From the NCBI GenBank assembly GCA_051362555.1, contig CM120640.1:34553967-34617966 (forward strand): a stretch of DNA of 64,000 nucleotides. The letters run 5' to 3'. The DNA comes from Lingula anatina. Lineage: Eukaryota > Animalia > Brachiopoda. The notes beneath the pieces were generated by a model. That model did not search any database, was not told the DNA's origin, and saw nothing but the letters and a program-made list of their open reading frames with translations. Below, piece by piece: positions 32,701-45,663 of this stretch (its first letter is position 1; every line of letters begins with the position of its first letter). A program made the translations under genes and the position numbers.

Positions 32701-35700
32701 ACAACCACTCTAAAAAGCTTATTTCACAGACTGTCATTTCCCATCAAAATAATTTTTTGGCTGTTTACATCTATTATATTTATATCATCTTTATGTTAAA
32801 AACTGAATAATAATAGCTTTGATGAATGGCTTAAAAATCTATGGTTGCTTTCCTTTCTATAATTCCTTAATGTATTGTTTTGTTCTTATATTTATGGACA
32901 TTTGAACTGAATGCCAATGAAAACTTGTTTTATTTTCTAGTTTTCGAGATGCCAACAGTATCAGAGGCAGGGCATCTGAGACACAGATGGGACCTAGTGC
33001 ATCTTGGCCACGGTTAACACAAAATGAAACTAGATCTCTTAAAACAATAGGCAGGAATGACTCATTTAAAAGGTAAATCAAATGTGCATCATAAAACAAG
33101 TGATAATTGTCTGGACAAAGTTACGATGTCAAGAAGACAGATGTATGATTCTAGGACATTGTAGAAAAGATTAGACATTATCATATATTCTCTAATTGAC
33201 AAAAGGTGCTTTGACCTATTACCAACAGTGAAATAAAAAGATTGATTTTTAGTGAGTTTTATAGTGGTAAGGCAACAGAATTTTACAAAGCAATTCCAGG
33301 TATAAGTCTGACATAAATCTATTATACTCTTCAGGCGGCCAGTGTGCTACCAAGCCATTACAGGCAATTCCAGTGTCCAGTCTGGTACAGTTCAGTATGA
33401 CGAGAACACTGTGGCAGCCATCAACAGATACAAGTACTATAGCAGACTGGATCCCAGTAGGGGCAGTTCCTTGGTAAGGTTAAAGGGATAGGGCTTTGGG
33501 TAGGGGAATAGTGTAATAAATTGCCCAGTTTGGTAGAGAGTCAAGAAAATTCATGTCAATATTTTAACATTGTGTTTAGGATTAGGGTTAAAATTGGGAC
33601 TTCTTCTCTTATTTATTTCCATTGTACTGTTTATTTATCGCTGTTTTATATTATTTTCTTTTTCAGTTGATGCCTGACCATGTAGTACCATCCCAATTCT
33701 TTTACCCTCTTCCAGTCACTCCAACAGGGAAACAGAGCAGTATAATTACTATGTAAGTACTTATTCTTAAACCCCTGTGCGTGTGGCACCCACTGAAAAT
33801 AATGTGAAATCCTTGGTTCAAATATGATATTTGATATATGGTTATCACTGCCTCACTGCCATAGTCAAATTTATAGTCAAAATTGTCCCTTCTTTAAGCC
33901 CAGGTTGTGAAAAAGTTGGGTAAATCCCTCAGAAATATTTGAAATTTGGGTCTAAGAATGTATTATAAAAATTTGAATTTAAAGTTTTTGGATTAGGCTG
34001 TTCTTAAATGTTCATTGTGTTTTGGTGTGAATAACATATGTTATCATGTCTTGGTCTAAATTTGAGTATTGTTTACAATCAGAAGTGATTAACCTGATAT
34101 CTGATATGTGAGGATGTAAATATGCATGGGTATGGAACTGATTAATCATTTATCTCCTTATCAGCAACATCAACTGTTAACTAAGTTTTTCACCAACTTG
34201 AAAATAAAACAAAGTAAATAAGGCAGATAAATCTTATTTTACAAAGCAAGTTTATTAAGATCTGCGTTCAATTCATGATTGAATTTGACTGAATGTCATC
34301 TCTCTCTCTCTTTCTCTCTTTCTCCCTCTCTCTCTCTCTCTTTGTGTGTGTGTTATTGTCTCTGTTAACTTTTTATTTTAAATTTTGGTAGATTTTCAAT
34401 TTGGAATACAATGATGGGGACCTCTCTGCTCAGCATGCCCTGGGGTCTGGGAGAGGTAAGACTTTATTCATGTACTTTGTGCTTCTTAAAGATTTCTAAT
34501 ATCTCTGTATTTAAACATGAATGTTTTGCCCATATTAACACATGCATATTTATTTTTGCTTATAAAGAAAAAAAACAAGAAAAATACACAAAATAATATT
34601 ATGTCATTATTACACTAATTCATCAATGACTTTAAACATTTTGTAAGTTACTGAAGAAAAAAATAGAAAAGAATAACTCAGCTCGATACATGTATGTAGC
34701 TGATTGCCAGTAGTTATTTTTTTTTTGTCTCATGTAATTTAGAAATTAAGAAAAATTCTATTTGTTTTCAGTCTGGATTTGGCTGTGGTATAGGAATCAT
34801 AGTGGTGATGGGCATCCTGACATTGTACACCTCTTACAGAGTGATGAAGTCTGTGGGATATATACGTAAGTAAGAATAAAAGAAAAAATTTTACAGAAAA
34901 ACAAAATAGACTAATACAAATATTCATATAATGTAACATAATATACAAATATACAGACAATAGTTACACAATAAAAAAACTTTGAAATGCATCAAAGATT
35001 GAGTTTAGAAATGGAAATATATCACATAATGCTGTGTCTTTCTGTATTCCCACTATTAATAATAAAGAATGAACTGTGCAGATTCTGAAATTTCTTTTTT
35101 TTTTGCTTTATGACAAAACTGCAATTTTGCATGGATGCAGTATTGCATTAAAACAGTTTAGGTTTTGCAACAGAATTCAAGATTTATAGTTATACCTAAG
35201 TCAATTGATAACAAAATGAAAATAATTTCTATTGTATTTTTTCAGAAACAAAAGGAGAAATCCTTGAGTTTTCTGACGTGTGTAAAAAGTTCCTTGGCAA
35301 GTGGGGAGAGTACAGTGCTGTTTTCTTCTCCCTGGCTGCTCTCCTGGGAGCCATGATAGTGTACTGGGTCCTCATGTCCAATTTCCTGTACAACACTGTT
35401 AGGTTTATATTTGGTGAGTATTCCATGGGCCCTGTTGCACAAGCAAAGATGGGTTGAAACCAAGAGTTATCTGTAGCAGTTAAGCAGAAGAAAGTAATTG
35501 TCATCCTTAAAAAGTCATTTCTTACTAATATGCAAAACAGGCACAATATTCTCATGAACTAGACCACTTGTGACAAAGCTTACAGCAATAAATCTGACAT
35601 AAGTCTTTCAGTTTCTGTTAATTGCATGTTCCTGAAAAAAGAAAAATCAGGTGTTTCTTATTAGAAAATAAAATGATATTCTTGCAATTTTTTGTAGGTT

Positions 35701-38700
35701 TATCTCATCCTCTGTCAAACCATACCTCAGCTCCATCTATTGATGGTACCAGTAAGTATTTTCATTCTTCGCAGTGGGTAAGAAAAGTAAATATTAGCAC
35801 TAAACTATATCATGTAATTTTGAATTATTTATTTATTTGTAAAAGAAAATGATACTATTGAGCAAAAATAGTTTGCACGTTTTTGCACTTCGCATTAAGT
35901 GATTTATGTGCAGGTATTGTGTATAGAATTTTAAAATCTCTTTCACCATCCATCTTGTCTAGATTTTATTTAATCTGTTTCTTTGGATTTAATATTTTCA
36001 ATAATTTTTTTTTCTTTCTTTGAGAAACCAGTCAGACAAATTTTCCCAATTCAATATAAAACCAAATAATTTTCAATTAATAAGCCAATGCCTACAGAAA
36101 AATTACGCATTTTTCTTGATTATTTTCCTTTTTTTTTTTTATTCAGCGTTATGTGCCACACCATATCACGGTCACATCAGCAATAGCACCACATATCACC
36201 TGTCACAAAAGGGACTCCCGCTGAGCACAGGCTTGCAGTCAGAAACGGATACTTTCAATGAAGTCTGGGACCAAAGAAAGACTGTGCCTTTCTTTTTGAT
36301 AATCCTTCTCTTTCCATTGGTCAACTTCAAGTCACCTACATTCTTTACAAAATTCAATGCATTAGGTAAGTAACAAAAAATTAAAAATGGGCATAAGCTC
36401 TGATATTCAAATGTAGGAGTTCATACAATCTACTGAATGTGATTTTCCAGTATGTGATTTGGTTTTCTTTACTTATTGATTGAAATAATCAAAATATACA
36501 TTCTGACAGCGAGAAGTCAAGTTGAAATCCTTTAGTTGTTGTGTAACTCCCAGCCTTATAAACAAACTAATATGGTAAAAATTGAGGTTAAGCATTTTGT
36601 AAATTGTGTATTTTGCCAATTTGAAAAAGATATAGATTTCATTAGATTTAGCTATTTAGACAATGTCAAATATTGTTAATTTTGGAGAAGTTTTTTATTT
36701 GTTTTTTCTTTACTCAATAGCATATTTCTCTTGTTGTTTTCAGGAACAATTTCAGTGTTGTACCTGCTCGTATTTGTAACATACAAAGTATCTCAGTGGG
36801 GATTTCATCTGAACTTTGACCCACCCCCTGCAATGAAGGACTTTCTTGTGCCACGTAAGATGATTTTAATTTTTAAAAAAGCTTTAAAAACTTCTCTAGT
36901 AGTTTATAAATTGTGAAAACAACAAGGTTTTTGTTACTTAAGAATCTCCTATTGAGCCTCAATAAAATTAGATGATACACATTTAAGTTGTGAATTTATG
37001 GATTTATTTTATGCATATGCTGCAGTCACTCCAGAATGTATCATATGAAAATAATATGAAAAATAATATGATAACATATAATGATAATAGTAATGATATG
37101 AAATTGATATAAAATAATGTAACACCTATATGATACCTACCTTTTGTTTCTTTGAAAATTCTATATGTTTGAAACAATTTTCAGTATGTTTCATGTATTT
37201 ATTAATATAATTACACAATTCTTTTTCAGAATTTTTACCTTCATTTCCAAACTTGACAGGAATTTTAGCCTTAGCATTTTTTATACACAACTGCGTCCTT
37301 ACAATATTAAGAAATCAGAAAAATCCAGAAAATAATGTAAGTCTAAATTAGTACAGGTAAGGTATGAAATCAAATAGAAGTATAATATTACACTAATTCA
37401 GGGGTTAATATTAAAATTTCGAACATGTGTAAGTTATTTGTTCAGATGAACAATAACTAAAAGTAAAAGCTTAAAATGGTTCCAACACACATGCTGTCAC
37501 TACATTTACAATATTTCATACCAATATAGAAAGACATGTTTTTATTTCAGTCCAGAGATCTCAGTATTGCATACTTCTGTGTGGGTGTCACATATCTACT
37601 AGTAGGTGTATTATTTTATGCTGGCTTCCCCTTGCCAAAGAAGTGTATAGCAGATGTAAGTGAAATAGCAGTAGAAATGCTTATGAATCATTCAGTTATG
37701 TGTTAAGTCAAAGACCCAGAAAGATATTCATCTTGGTTATTGGTTAAGTGACTGAACTATAAATTCAGTGTATGTTAATCTGTGTCAGTAATTGTTATAT
37801 AGCAGCCATTTTTCCTTAAAGATTGCATTGCATTCATTTGGTATTTAGGACAGTATTTTGTCTGTCACATTTATTAGCACATTCTTATCAATATAATAGC
37901 TTTCCATAACCAATTAAATGATTCTAGTTACTAAATTCTATTATTTCAGAACTTACTGGACAATTTTGGCCACAATGATATTCTAGCATTTGCTGCCAGA
38001 ATATTTCTACTTTTCCAAATGACCACAGTATTTCCTCTCATCACATATATGATAAGGCTGCAATTCATGCATGCTGTGTTTGGAAACATTTATCCTAGGT
38101 AAGAATTTTTTCTTCTTTTGTTAGAAATGCTATAATTTCTCTTTATGAGGCACTTTGTAGATTACAAAGATATTTCCTTCTAAATTCAATGTGTAATTGA
38201 TCAATATTTAAGTTTGTTTTTTTGCCATTTTTTAAATAAAAAATTGTCAGTTGATTTTATAACACTAATTGTTATTTGTTATGTAATTTTAACCTGAATT
38301 TGCATGAGAGCTTAAAAATGAAAAATTTATTTACTTAAAGGAAACCCTTTCCACAGTGCTATTAAGCAAATGACACTTCTTATTTGCAGCCTGAAGCATG
38401 TGATAATACTCAATGTTGTTCTGATTGCCATGTGTATACTCTTTGCTGTATTTCTGCCTCAGATTGGAACAATCATAAGGTAGTGAATTATCTTTTTTCT
38501 CTCTAATTTTGATTTTTTAATTTGGCAGCATAGAATCTCAGAAGAGTACATGAATTTGATTTTAAAGAGTAAATGCGGCCCACCTGTGCACTGTAATTGC
38601 CATTGTAATTGTGTTAAAAAAGAGAAATCAATCAGTGATGATTAAAATAAACAATGCTTTTCACTCTCTCTCTCTCTCTCTGTTTGGTTTATTTCTGGGG

Positions 38701-39042
38701 AACTGTTTAAACTTTTGTGAAACATTTTGTCATATGTAATTTGTGTTGTGAACAGAAAAGAAAATTGCACTAAATCAAGTTAAATCTTTTAGTCTTCAAA
38801 CTATTTCAAGTGCATGTGGTCTGCTAATATTTTAACCATTGCAGAATCTCTATAATTCTTATTTCAGATTTGCTGGCGCTTTTTGTGGTGTTTCGCTCAT
38901 TTTTGCACTGCCATGTTTGATATACATGCTCAAGTTGAAACAAGATGGCAGACTCACCTGGCCTATGATAGCCACACACAGCTTCATCATCTTTCTTGGA
39001 GTGGCAAACTTTGTTGGTCAATTTTTGACACTGAGTCACTAG
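28929..39042 (+). CDS. SLC38A9: Lysosomal neutral amino acid transporter / mTORC1 arginine sensor SLC38A9, 15 exons, ~593 aa
   Basis: Exons 28929-29017, 32941-33072, 33335-33473, 33667-33752, 34392-34455, 34772-34865, 35246-35413, 35698-35751, 36147-36365, 36744-36854, 37230-37336, 37551-37655, 37950-38098, 38390-38479 and 38868-39042 total 1782 nt in frame. Motifs: NRYKYYSRL...[53 protein letters not shown]. Exons 1-2 are less certain than the rest. Confidence 0.95.
30809..32733 (+). mobile_element. Internally deleted hAT-superfamily DNA transposon with a degenerate TTF-type zinc-finger transposase remnant
   Basis: 17-bp TIR CAGTCTGCGAAATAAGC / GCTTATTTCACAGACTG (1 mismatch), subterminal GTTGTCCG / GGGCAAC repeats at both ends, and 6-bp flanking direct repeat TCATTT. 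The remnant peptide at ~31385-31660 reads [16 protein letters not shown]...CKACC...[24 protein letters not shown] and contains a stop and a frameshift. Confidence 0.88.
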
Positions 39043-40900
39043 ACATTATGATAAGAAACTGTTCTAGGAAGAAATTGTTTCAACACTCTTCAGAGAAATC
39101 CAGATAAACGTATAAGCTTTTACATGAAAAAAAAAATGCAATTGTTGTTTGTGTTTGGTCTGTTGTATGATGAAAAAAAATATTTGATCTTGTTTGTAAA
39201 TGGGGCCACAATTAATGTGATACAGAATTTCTCAAGAATTTCATGTGTATGAACCTAAAGACTTCTTGATATTTGTGATAATTTGAACACCTTATTCAGC
39301 ATTGTATGTAGTATCACTAGTATTATAAAATATTGGATCTACTGTACAGTGTGTTTCTAATACCATTGTATATAGGACTAAGAGGTTTTATTTTTGGAGA
39401 TACAAAATCTGGTCTGTCTACAGAAATCATGTGCATTGAACTTCAAGGTAGTTAGGTCTAGTTGTGCATCCTTATGGCACGACAGTCACAAAACATAATT
39501 TTAAAGCCTCTCAAAAACTTGTATCATGTGCAATAGAGCTCTCACACACAAAGAAGTACGCAAAAGAACATTGCAATAAATTTATTTCAGTATTCTGATA
39601 TGATTTTAATGTTTTCAGTATATAGCATACATACTGGGATTATTGCCAAGGTCCATAGTCAAATAAAGGTAGCATATAGATCACAAGACATGCTTTTGAT
39701 AGGATGTGTATGTTATTTTAGGACCCTCAGATATAAGGCCTGTTTAATTCATGATTTTCATGATATAAATCAGTTCAGACAATGTGATCAGTTTGCTGAG
39801 TTATCATTAGACGTGTTACAGGAATGTGCTCCCCCTCCCACCCCAGGAATCTCTTGTTACATGTGAGAAAAGAAGCTGTGGGTCTCACAAATATACACAT
39901 TTTGAGTGTTTCAAGGTGTCTGATCCATGACATTTTATGTAGTGTATTATATTTAGCTTGTTTGTTGAATATTCGTTTAGTGGGTTATCAGTCATGCATG
40001 ATTAATAGTGTTTGTAGTTTTGCACTAGATTATTTGTTTTATTATTATTATCATGAAATATTCCATCAGACCATACATACCTTGTGAAATCTACTCCCAA
40101 GAAGTGTGAAAATCATGCCATGCTTGTTGTAGTAGTGTCATTTTTAGTTATCATAATATTCTAATCTAGTTTGGATGAGTTACTAAGATTTTAGTCTGGT
40201 AGTCAAAATTAATAGTTCTTTATTGATTAAAATATTGTTACTTGTGAGGTTCATGTGCCTGAAAACCTATACACATTAAAAGTAGTACATGGGTACTATA
40301 TATTGTACAAACATGTACATGAATTTTATGTAAATCCGTTTCACTTCATATTTGTAAATAAATTGAAAAATAAATTTATTGAAAAGCTATTGCTCTCTAG
40401 GGTTAATATAAAAACATGGAGTTGGGACAGATTCACTCCACTCACATGTACTTCTTGTGAGTTAATAACAAAAAAACTATTTTGACAAATACAAATTATG
40501 TGGATTATAATATACTTTATTGTACCACCTGCGCGGCGCTGGCGGGACACGTGGTTTTAGCCCCGAGCCGTCTCATTCTTATTATTTCAGGATAAATTAT
40601 TTAATGATTTGTTTCTCATTTAATATGAAGTTTCCCCCAATCGGATTTTAAACATATTACTGTCAACTGGACTGGTTTGCGGCAGTCTGAAAGAAGCCAG
40701 TGGGCTACTTAATTCCGAAATTATGTATCTGGACGCCTTTTTGTATCAAATGTAACATAGTTTTGCAAAGATTATCAATGCAAAACTTATAAGCTTGGGG
40801 AGTTTTATAATCCACTCAATTTTAAACTGCTAGTACATAAGTATAAATCTATTGCAAATGTTAACAATAGATGTTCTTTCTGTGTTAATAAAAGCCATTG

Positions 40901-40987
40901 TGACGTCCGGTACATAACGTGTCGTCTACTGAATTTTGAAACTTGAAAATTGACTGTGACGTCACAAAATGAAACTTTATGACGTCA
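40901..40987. promoter_or_regulatory. Cluster of CRE (CREB/ATF) sites upstream of the RhoGAP gene
   Basis: Perfect TGACGTCA at 40957 and 40980 and TGACGTCC at 40901, within 140 bp of the ATG at 41038. Confidence 0.5.
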
Positions 40988-41037
40988 AAAACCAATTTTG
41001 GTTACGCTTCACGACAAGTTGGATATAGCACCTAAAG

Positions 41038-42547
41038 ATGTCTTGCGGATTATCTTATTTGTTTCAAACTAGGAATACGCGTCAAAGGATTGCACGAGCA
41101 GTGGCCTACGTTAGATCCAAGTTATTTAGGAAGAGGCCAAAAAATGCTCCTAGCGGAAAGACCGCCATGAAAATGTCCTTGGACGATTATTTACAAGGTG
41201 ATGCAATTCTTCCCATGTTCGTAGAGAAGTGCATTGTATATATTGAAGAGAATGGTCTCGGTTCAGAAGGACTGTATAGAGTACCTGGAAATAAAGCTCA
41301 TGTAGAATTACTGCTGCAGAAATTTAAAGAAGGTGAGTTAACCAGAGTGTGGTTGTGATTTTTATCATTTCACTTTCTGGGAATTAAATATGTATATAAT
41401 TGCTGCTATAACATATAAATGATCAATCTTCTGAATTTTTATATCTATTATTTTGCCTTATTAACCGAGACAGCTATTTTTTCTTACCTTAATTCTAAAC
41501 TCAAGATGCGCGTTAGAGGAAAGAACACACAATAGAAACAACATAAATTATAGAAATAAAGATTTAAACTTGAAAGAAATGTTTCGACTATTTTCACATG
41601 GGTTATGACTGTGTTTTGACTTTTCGCCCCAAATTTTGTTTTACAGATCATAGTTTGGTTTTCACTGATTTGGAAATCTCTGTCAATGATGTGGCGACAG
41701 CTGTGAAAACTTTCTTCCGTGAGCTGCAAGAGCCACTGATTCCTAACAAACTTAATAACGAATTTATAAGTGCAGCAGGTAAGATACTATTGCAGAACTT
41801 ATGGTGCCTTTTTCTTCGAATTTTTAAATCGAATTCTTTCATATGGATAACTGTTACAAATGCATTTTGTGTGAATTACTATATGTGAAATTCCAGATTT
41901 AAGGGTAAGTTTAATTTGCTGACCTCTAGCTGTTTTACAGACGTTTGAGGTATGATTTTCATTCTTCAGGTATCCATGATGAAACATGTCGCCTTCAAGC
42001 TCTGAGAGAAGTGCTCCAGAAGCTTCCTGCTGCCAACTACCGCGTGCTTAAATTTATTACCACACACTTGAGCAAGTAAGTCATGATCTAGTATTTCACA
42101 GTCTTGTTTCCAGTATTTCAATGAATTTAACGGAGTCCTCAAATTGTTTTCAAACTCATTTTCAAAATTAATTTTCCATTATTAAAAGTAAAATTATAAA
42201 GACATAACATATACAGGACAGATGGCAATTTAACACTTGCTTTTAAGCTAATTTTTTTAATCAAAATTTTGACGCATATAGCGAATACCTTATGTCTTAT
42301 ATCCTCATAAAATATGATTGTCAAACTTCATTACATTTTTCTTCCTTAATTTGGTTGGTATTTTCTTTTCAGGGTGACAACACTCAGTGATGTAAACTGT
42401 ATGACCAGTACCAATCTTGCCATTTGCTGGTGGCCAACGCTACTACGGCCAGAGTTCGCCTCTTTGACCGACATGGCGTCTAGCGCAGGCCCACTCCAGG
42501 CTGTTGTCCAAACCATCATTGACCAGCACGGCTTCTTCTTTGAGTGA
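41038..42547 (+). CDS. Stand-alone RhoGAP-domain protein, p190RhoGAP (ARHGAP35/ARHGAP5)-like, 4 exons, ~235 aa
   Basis: Exons 41038-41332, 41647-41778, 41970-42075 and 42373-42547 total 708 nt in frame. Motifs: LPMFVEKCIVYIEENGLGSEGLYRVPG (arginine finger intact), VATAVKTFFRELQEPLIP, NCMTSTNLAICWWPTLLRPEF, IIDQHGFFF. Confidence 0.9.
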
Positions 42548-43562
42548 AGTGTAGACATTGTGTTCTACGCAAAATCCTCTAGGATTTTTTCAAGTTAACA
42601 TCTAAACATTTACGGATTACTAATCTTTGTTGACCAGAAATGTTGTCCAGCGCTGGCAAAATACAACGAGAGCCTAAGGACGCCTTAAAATTCATCTGCT
42701 CTTGGAAGCCACGATAATGCTGGTGGAAAATTTATGAGAGGCGGATTATATTTACGATGTGTAACTGGCGATAGAGGTCCACCTAATGTGAATGAACCTG
42801 TATCGTTTCTATTCAGCCAAAGTTTGGACCCATAACCAAGGCCCAAAGAAACAGTACGCCAAGCGAATGATTGATAAGTCGGTGACTGGGCATTGGTCAG
42901 TGTCCTTGTAAAACACCAGAGGATGTAAACTCGTAGCTTTTCCAGATTTATCTGTTTATTTTTAAGCCTTAATTTTTTCACCCTCAAATGTTTGTTGCAA
43001 CAATTTATCCTGTTTTGTGTCTACCTTATGTATATATGTATATTTTTGTAAATATTTTTCACAGATACTTGATTTGATTTGATTTCAAAGATTTGTTTTA
43101 AAATGGTATTCATCCTGAAATTCGTAAATAAAGCATCAACATTAAAAATGTGTCTGATCCGTCGGCGATTTGGAAAAAAATTATGTTGCTTGGCCTACAA
43201 GAATACTGATGATTTAAGAAAAGTACAATAATTTTACACTAAAGACAATTTTTAAAAAATTTGGATATATAAAAATGGCAATGAAAAGAAACTGCGCAAT
43301 TAACTTAACTATTTTATTTAACGTTATAATACGCACTGTATCCATAAAACAGCACTAAAACCACTGAATTTAAATGAGATCCAACAGTCATTTGGCAATT
43401 TGACGTTTTTATTTGTAGAGGTCCAACGTAAGATCACATTTAACTGTGGCAGCCTCATATTTTCCGCTGTACAAAAGTTTTTACTAGAGAAATGTTAACT
43501 TGCATATTAGATGTCAGTGTTGTCTATTCTGACATATCAAAGCCTAAATGAAGAACAGTGGT

Positions 43563-44463
43563 CTAGAAGTGCTTATCGCAGTAGTCCATCACCAGCGACA
43601 CAATGAAGACAAGAAGGAACTTGTGAAGCGCGTGGAAGGTGAAGTCCCACAATGAGTGAGTGTTGTGTACGACATGAGGAGCTTCGAGGCACGCGAACAG
43701 AAGAGTAATGCCGCCAGCTAGCCACGCCGCTGCCTCGTATGCACGATAAGTGACTCGGTAGTATTTTCTGGAAAAAAAAAAAAGAAAAAAAAAACATAGT
43801 GCGCTGACAGTTCGACGATAAATTCATTGCTAATACCCCCTTTACACTGGACGGCGTCCTTTCTGCGTCCTTTCTGCGACCAGGAAATTTGACATCGCTG
43901 TGGTCTTAATAAGGAGGCACGAGCATTGATTTTGTATCAGAATGAATGCTCAATGATCGGCCAGTTGTCGGCACGTAAAGTATTTTAATTTTTTAACTCT
44001 CAAATAGGGCCGTACTGTTGGACGCAGAAAGGACGCCGTCCAGTGTAAAGGGGGCTTAAATATTTTAGTATAGATATAAAAAACTTATCCGAAGGGCAAG
44101 AGTGGGTCGTAATGAGAAGGAATTCGTAAATAAACAGGCTGAGTTCTAAATTAAACTAATGCTAGGTATATTACGTAAGGCATACTTGACTATGTTTACA
44201 GCCAATATATGGTCAAGGTGTGGTACTCTAAGGTAAAAATGTGCTCTAATATAACGGCTGTTAAGCTAGCATGATATAAGGTCTACTTACTGTGTAATAT
44301 ACTTCAGTATCACTACCAATCCTGCATCTGCTATCACCGCCGTGAGGAGGTATCTAGACCCGTACCACGGCGCCCGGTAATGGTACCACAAACTACTGAC
44401 CAACTCTCCCACGATTATGCAGACGATCACGCTTACACTCACACTAATCTTGATGTCTGCCAT
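43563..44463 (-). CDS. Small four-TM membrane protein (125 aa), DUF1761-like
   Basis: Exons 44463-44291 (donor CA|GTAAGT) and 43767-43563 (acceptor T-rich...CCAG) join in frame: MADIKISVSVSVIVCIIVGELVSSLWYHYRAPWYGSRYLLTAVIADAGLVVILKYITQKYYRVTYRAYEAAAWLAGGITLLFACLEAPHVVHNTHSLWDFTFHALHKFLLVFIVSLVMDYCDKHF*. Both exons are GC-richer than their flanks. The family call is by eye only. Confidence 0.8.
43834..44056. mobile_element. PIF/Harbinger-type MITE in the intron of the four-TM gene
   Basis: Perfect 35-bp inverted repeat (43836-43870 / 44020-44054, CCCCCTTTACACTGGACGGCGTCCTTTCTGCGTCC) flanked by TAA...TAA. Confidence 0.85.
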
Positions 44464-45663
44464 TTCAATTCAACCATGGAAAGCAATTTTAAAATCTGAA
44501 AACAGCCCAATATTAAAATGAGTCGTTATAATGAGATGGAGCTGGGCCGACTATATTGATAGTAGGCATATTAGTGATTATTTCTCGACTTTGCGCACCT
44601 AATTTAACGTCAGTATAACATTAATAAGATATGAATTACGTTGAACACTATCATTAATTTCGCGATGTCATTTTAGCTCTGAAATGACTTGATAGGCTCA
44701 GGTTATGAATACGAATGAGTACAGGTGTATAAGTCAACGCGTCCTATGGACTAGATGTGATTAGGATATTATCTCTCAATACCTTTCAGAAATGAAAACA
44801 AGAATGCATTCCAATTATCGACCCGACGCCCTTAATACCCAAATATAACATGATTTGTTGCAATACTTGCTTTTTATTATAAGGTGTGTTGACGTTCTTC
44901 TGTGTCCATTGTCACTCCACGAACAACTTGAAACACTATCGTGCAGGCAAATTTTGTAAATAAAGCATTTTACAACTTGCACGTATTCCAACTCTCGAGA
45001 GGATATCAAATATAACGAACTAAACTAACCTTTTTGTCTTTTAGTCGTGTATGCCTTATAGGAAGTGCTATAACTTAATAATCCAGCAATAGATAGTCTT
45101 CTTGTCAACTTGCATTAAAATTTCACCTGTCTGGGCGTTAGCTTGACCTACAAGCAGGTATTCGATTGACTCCCACTGTGTTTGCATGGAGTACTGCCAC
45201 AACATACATGACCTTAGCCGCCACAGGTAGTATTATGAACATATTTAAAACAGGGCAACATGTAGGCGTGCGTCGCCTGAGGTAGAGATTTAAAAGAAAT
45301 TACACCAAGCCTAGGAGCATTGAAAAATAAGAAAGAAAAGCATTTCAATAAAAGCATTGAAAAATAAGAAAGAAATACGAATATATTGCGGAAAAAGGAG
45401 ATTTTTTTCCCTTACATTTTTAAGGAAATTTTTATTTTAAAGGATTGCAGCCGTCTCTGGTGCTAGATTGGACTACATTTCTGTCAAACTTGAAACAATT
45501 AGCTTCAGTTGAAGCCCTATACATATACTATATTTGACGACAATAAAGTAACTTTTAGATGTGGAAATCTTTCGTTTGGACCCCTTAAAACTTTATTTAC
45601 GTCCGAAGCTTTCTTGGCATTATTAGATACCAGTGCGATCACTTCACAAAATGATGTGATCAA

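Noticed and set aside
42545-42600. Selenocysteine or stop read-through at the RhoGAP TGA
   Set aside because: The domain ends naturally there and no SECIS-like element was recognised.
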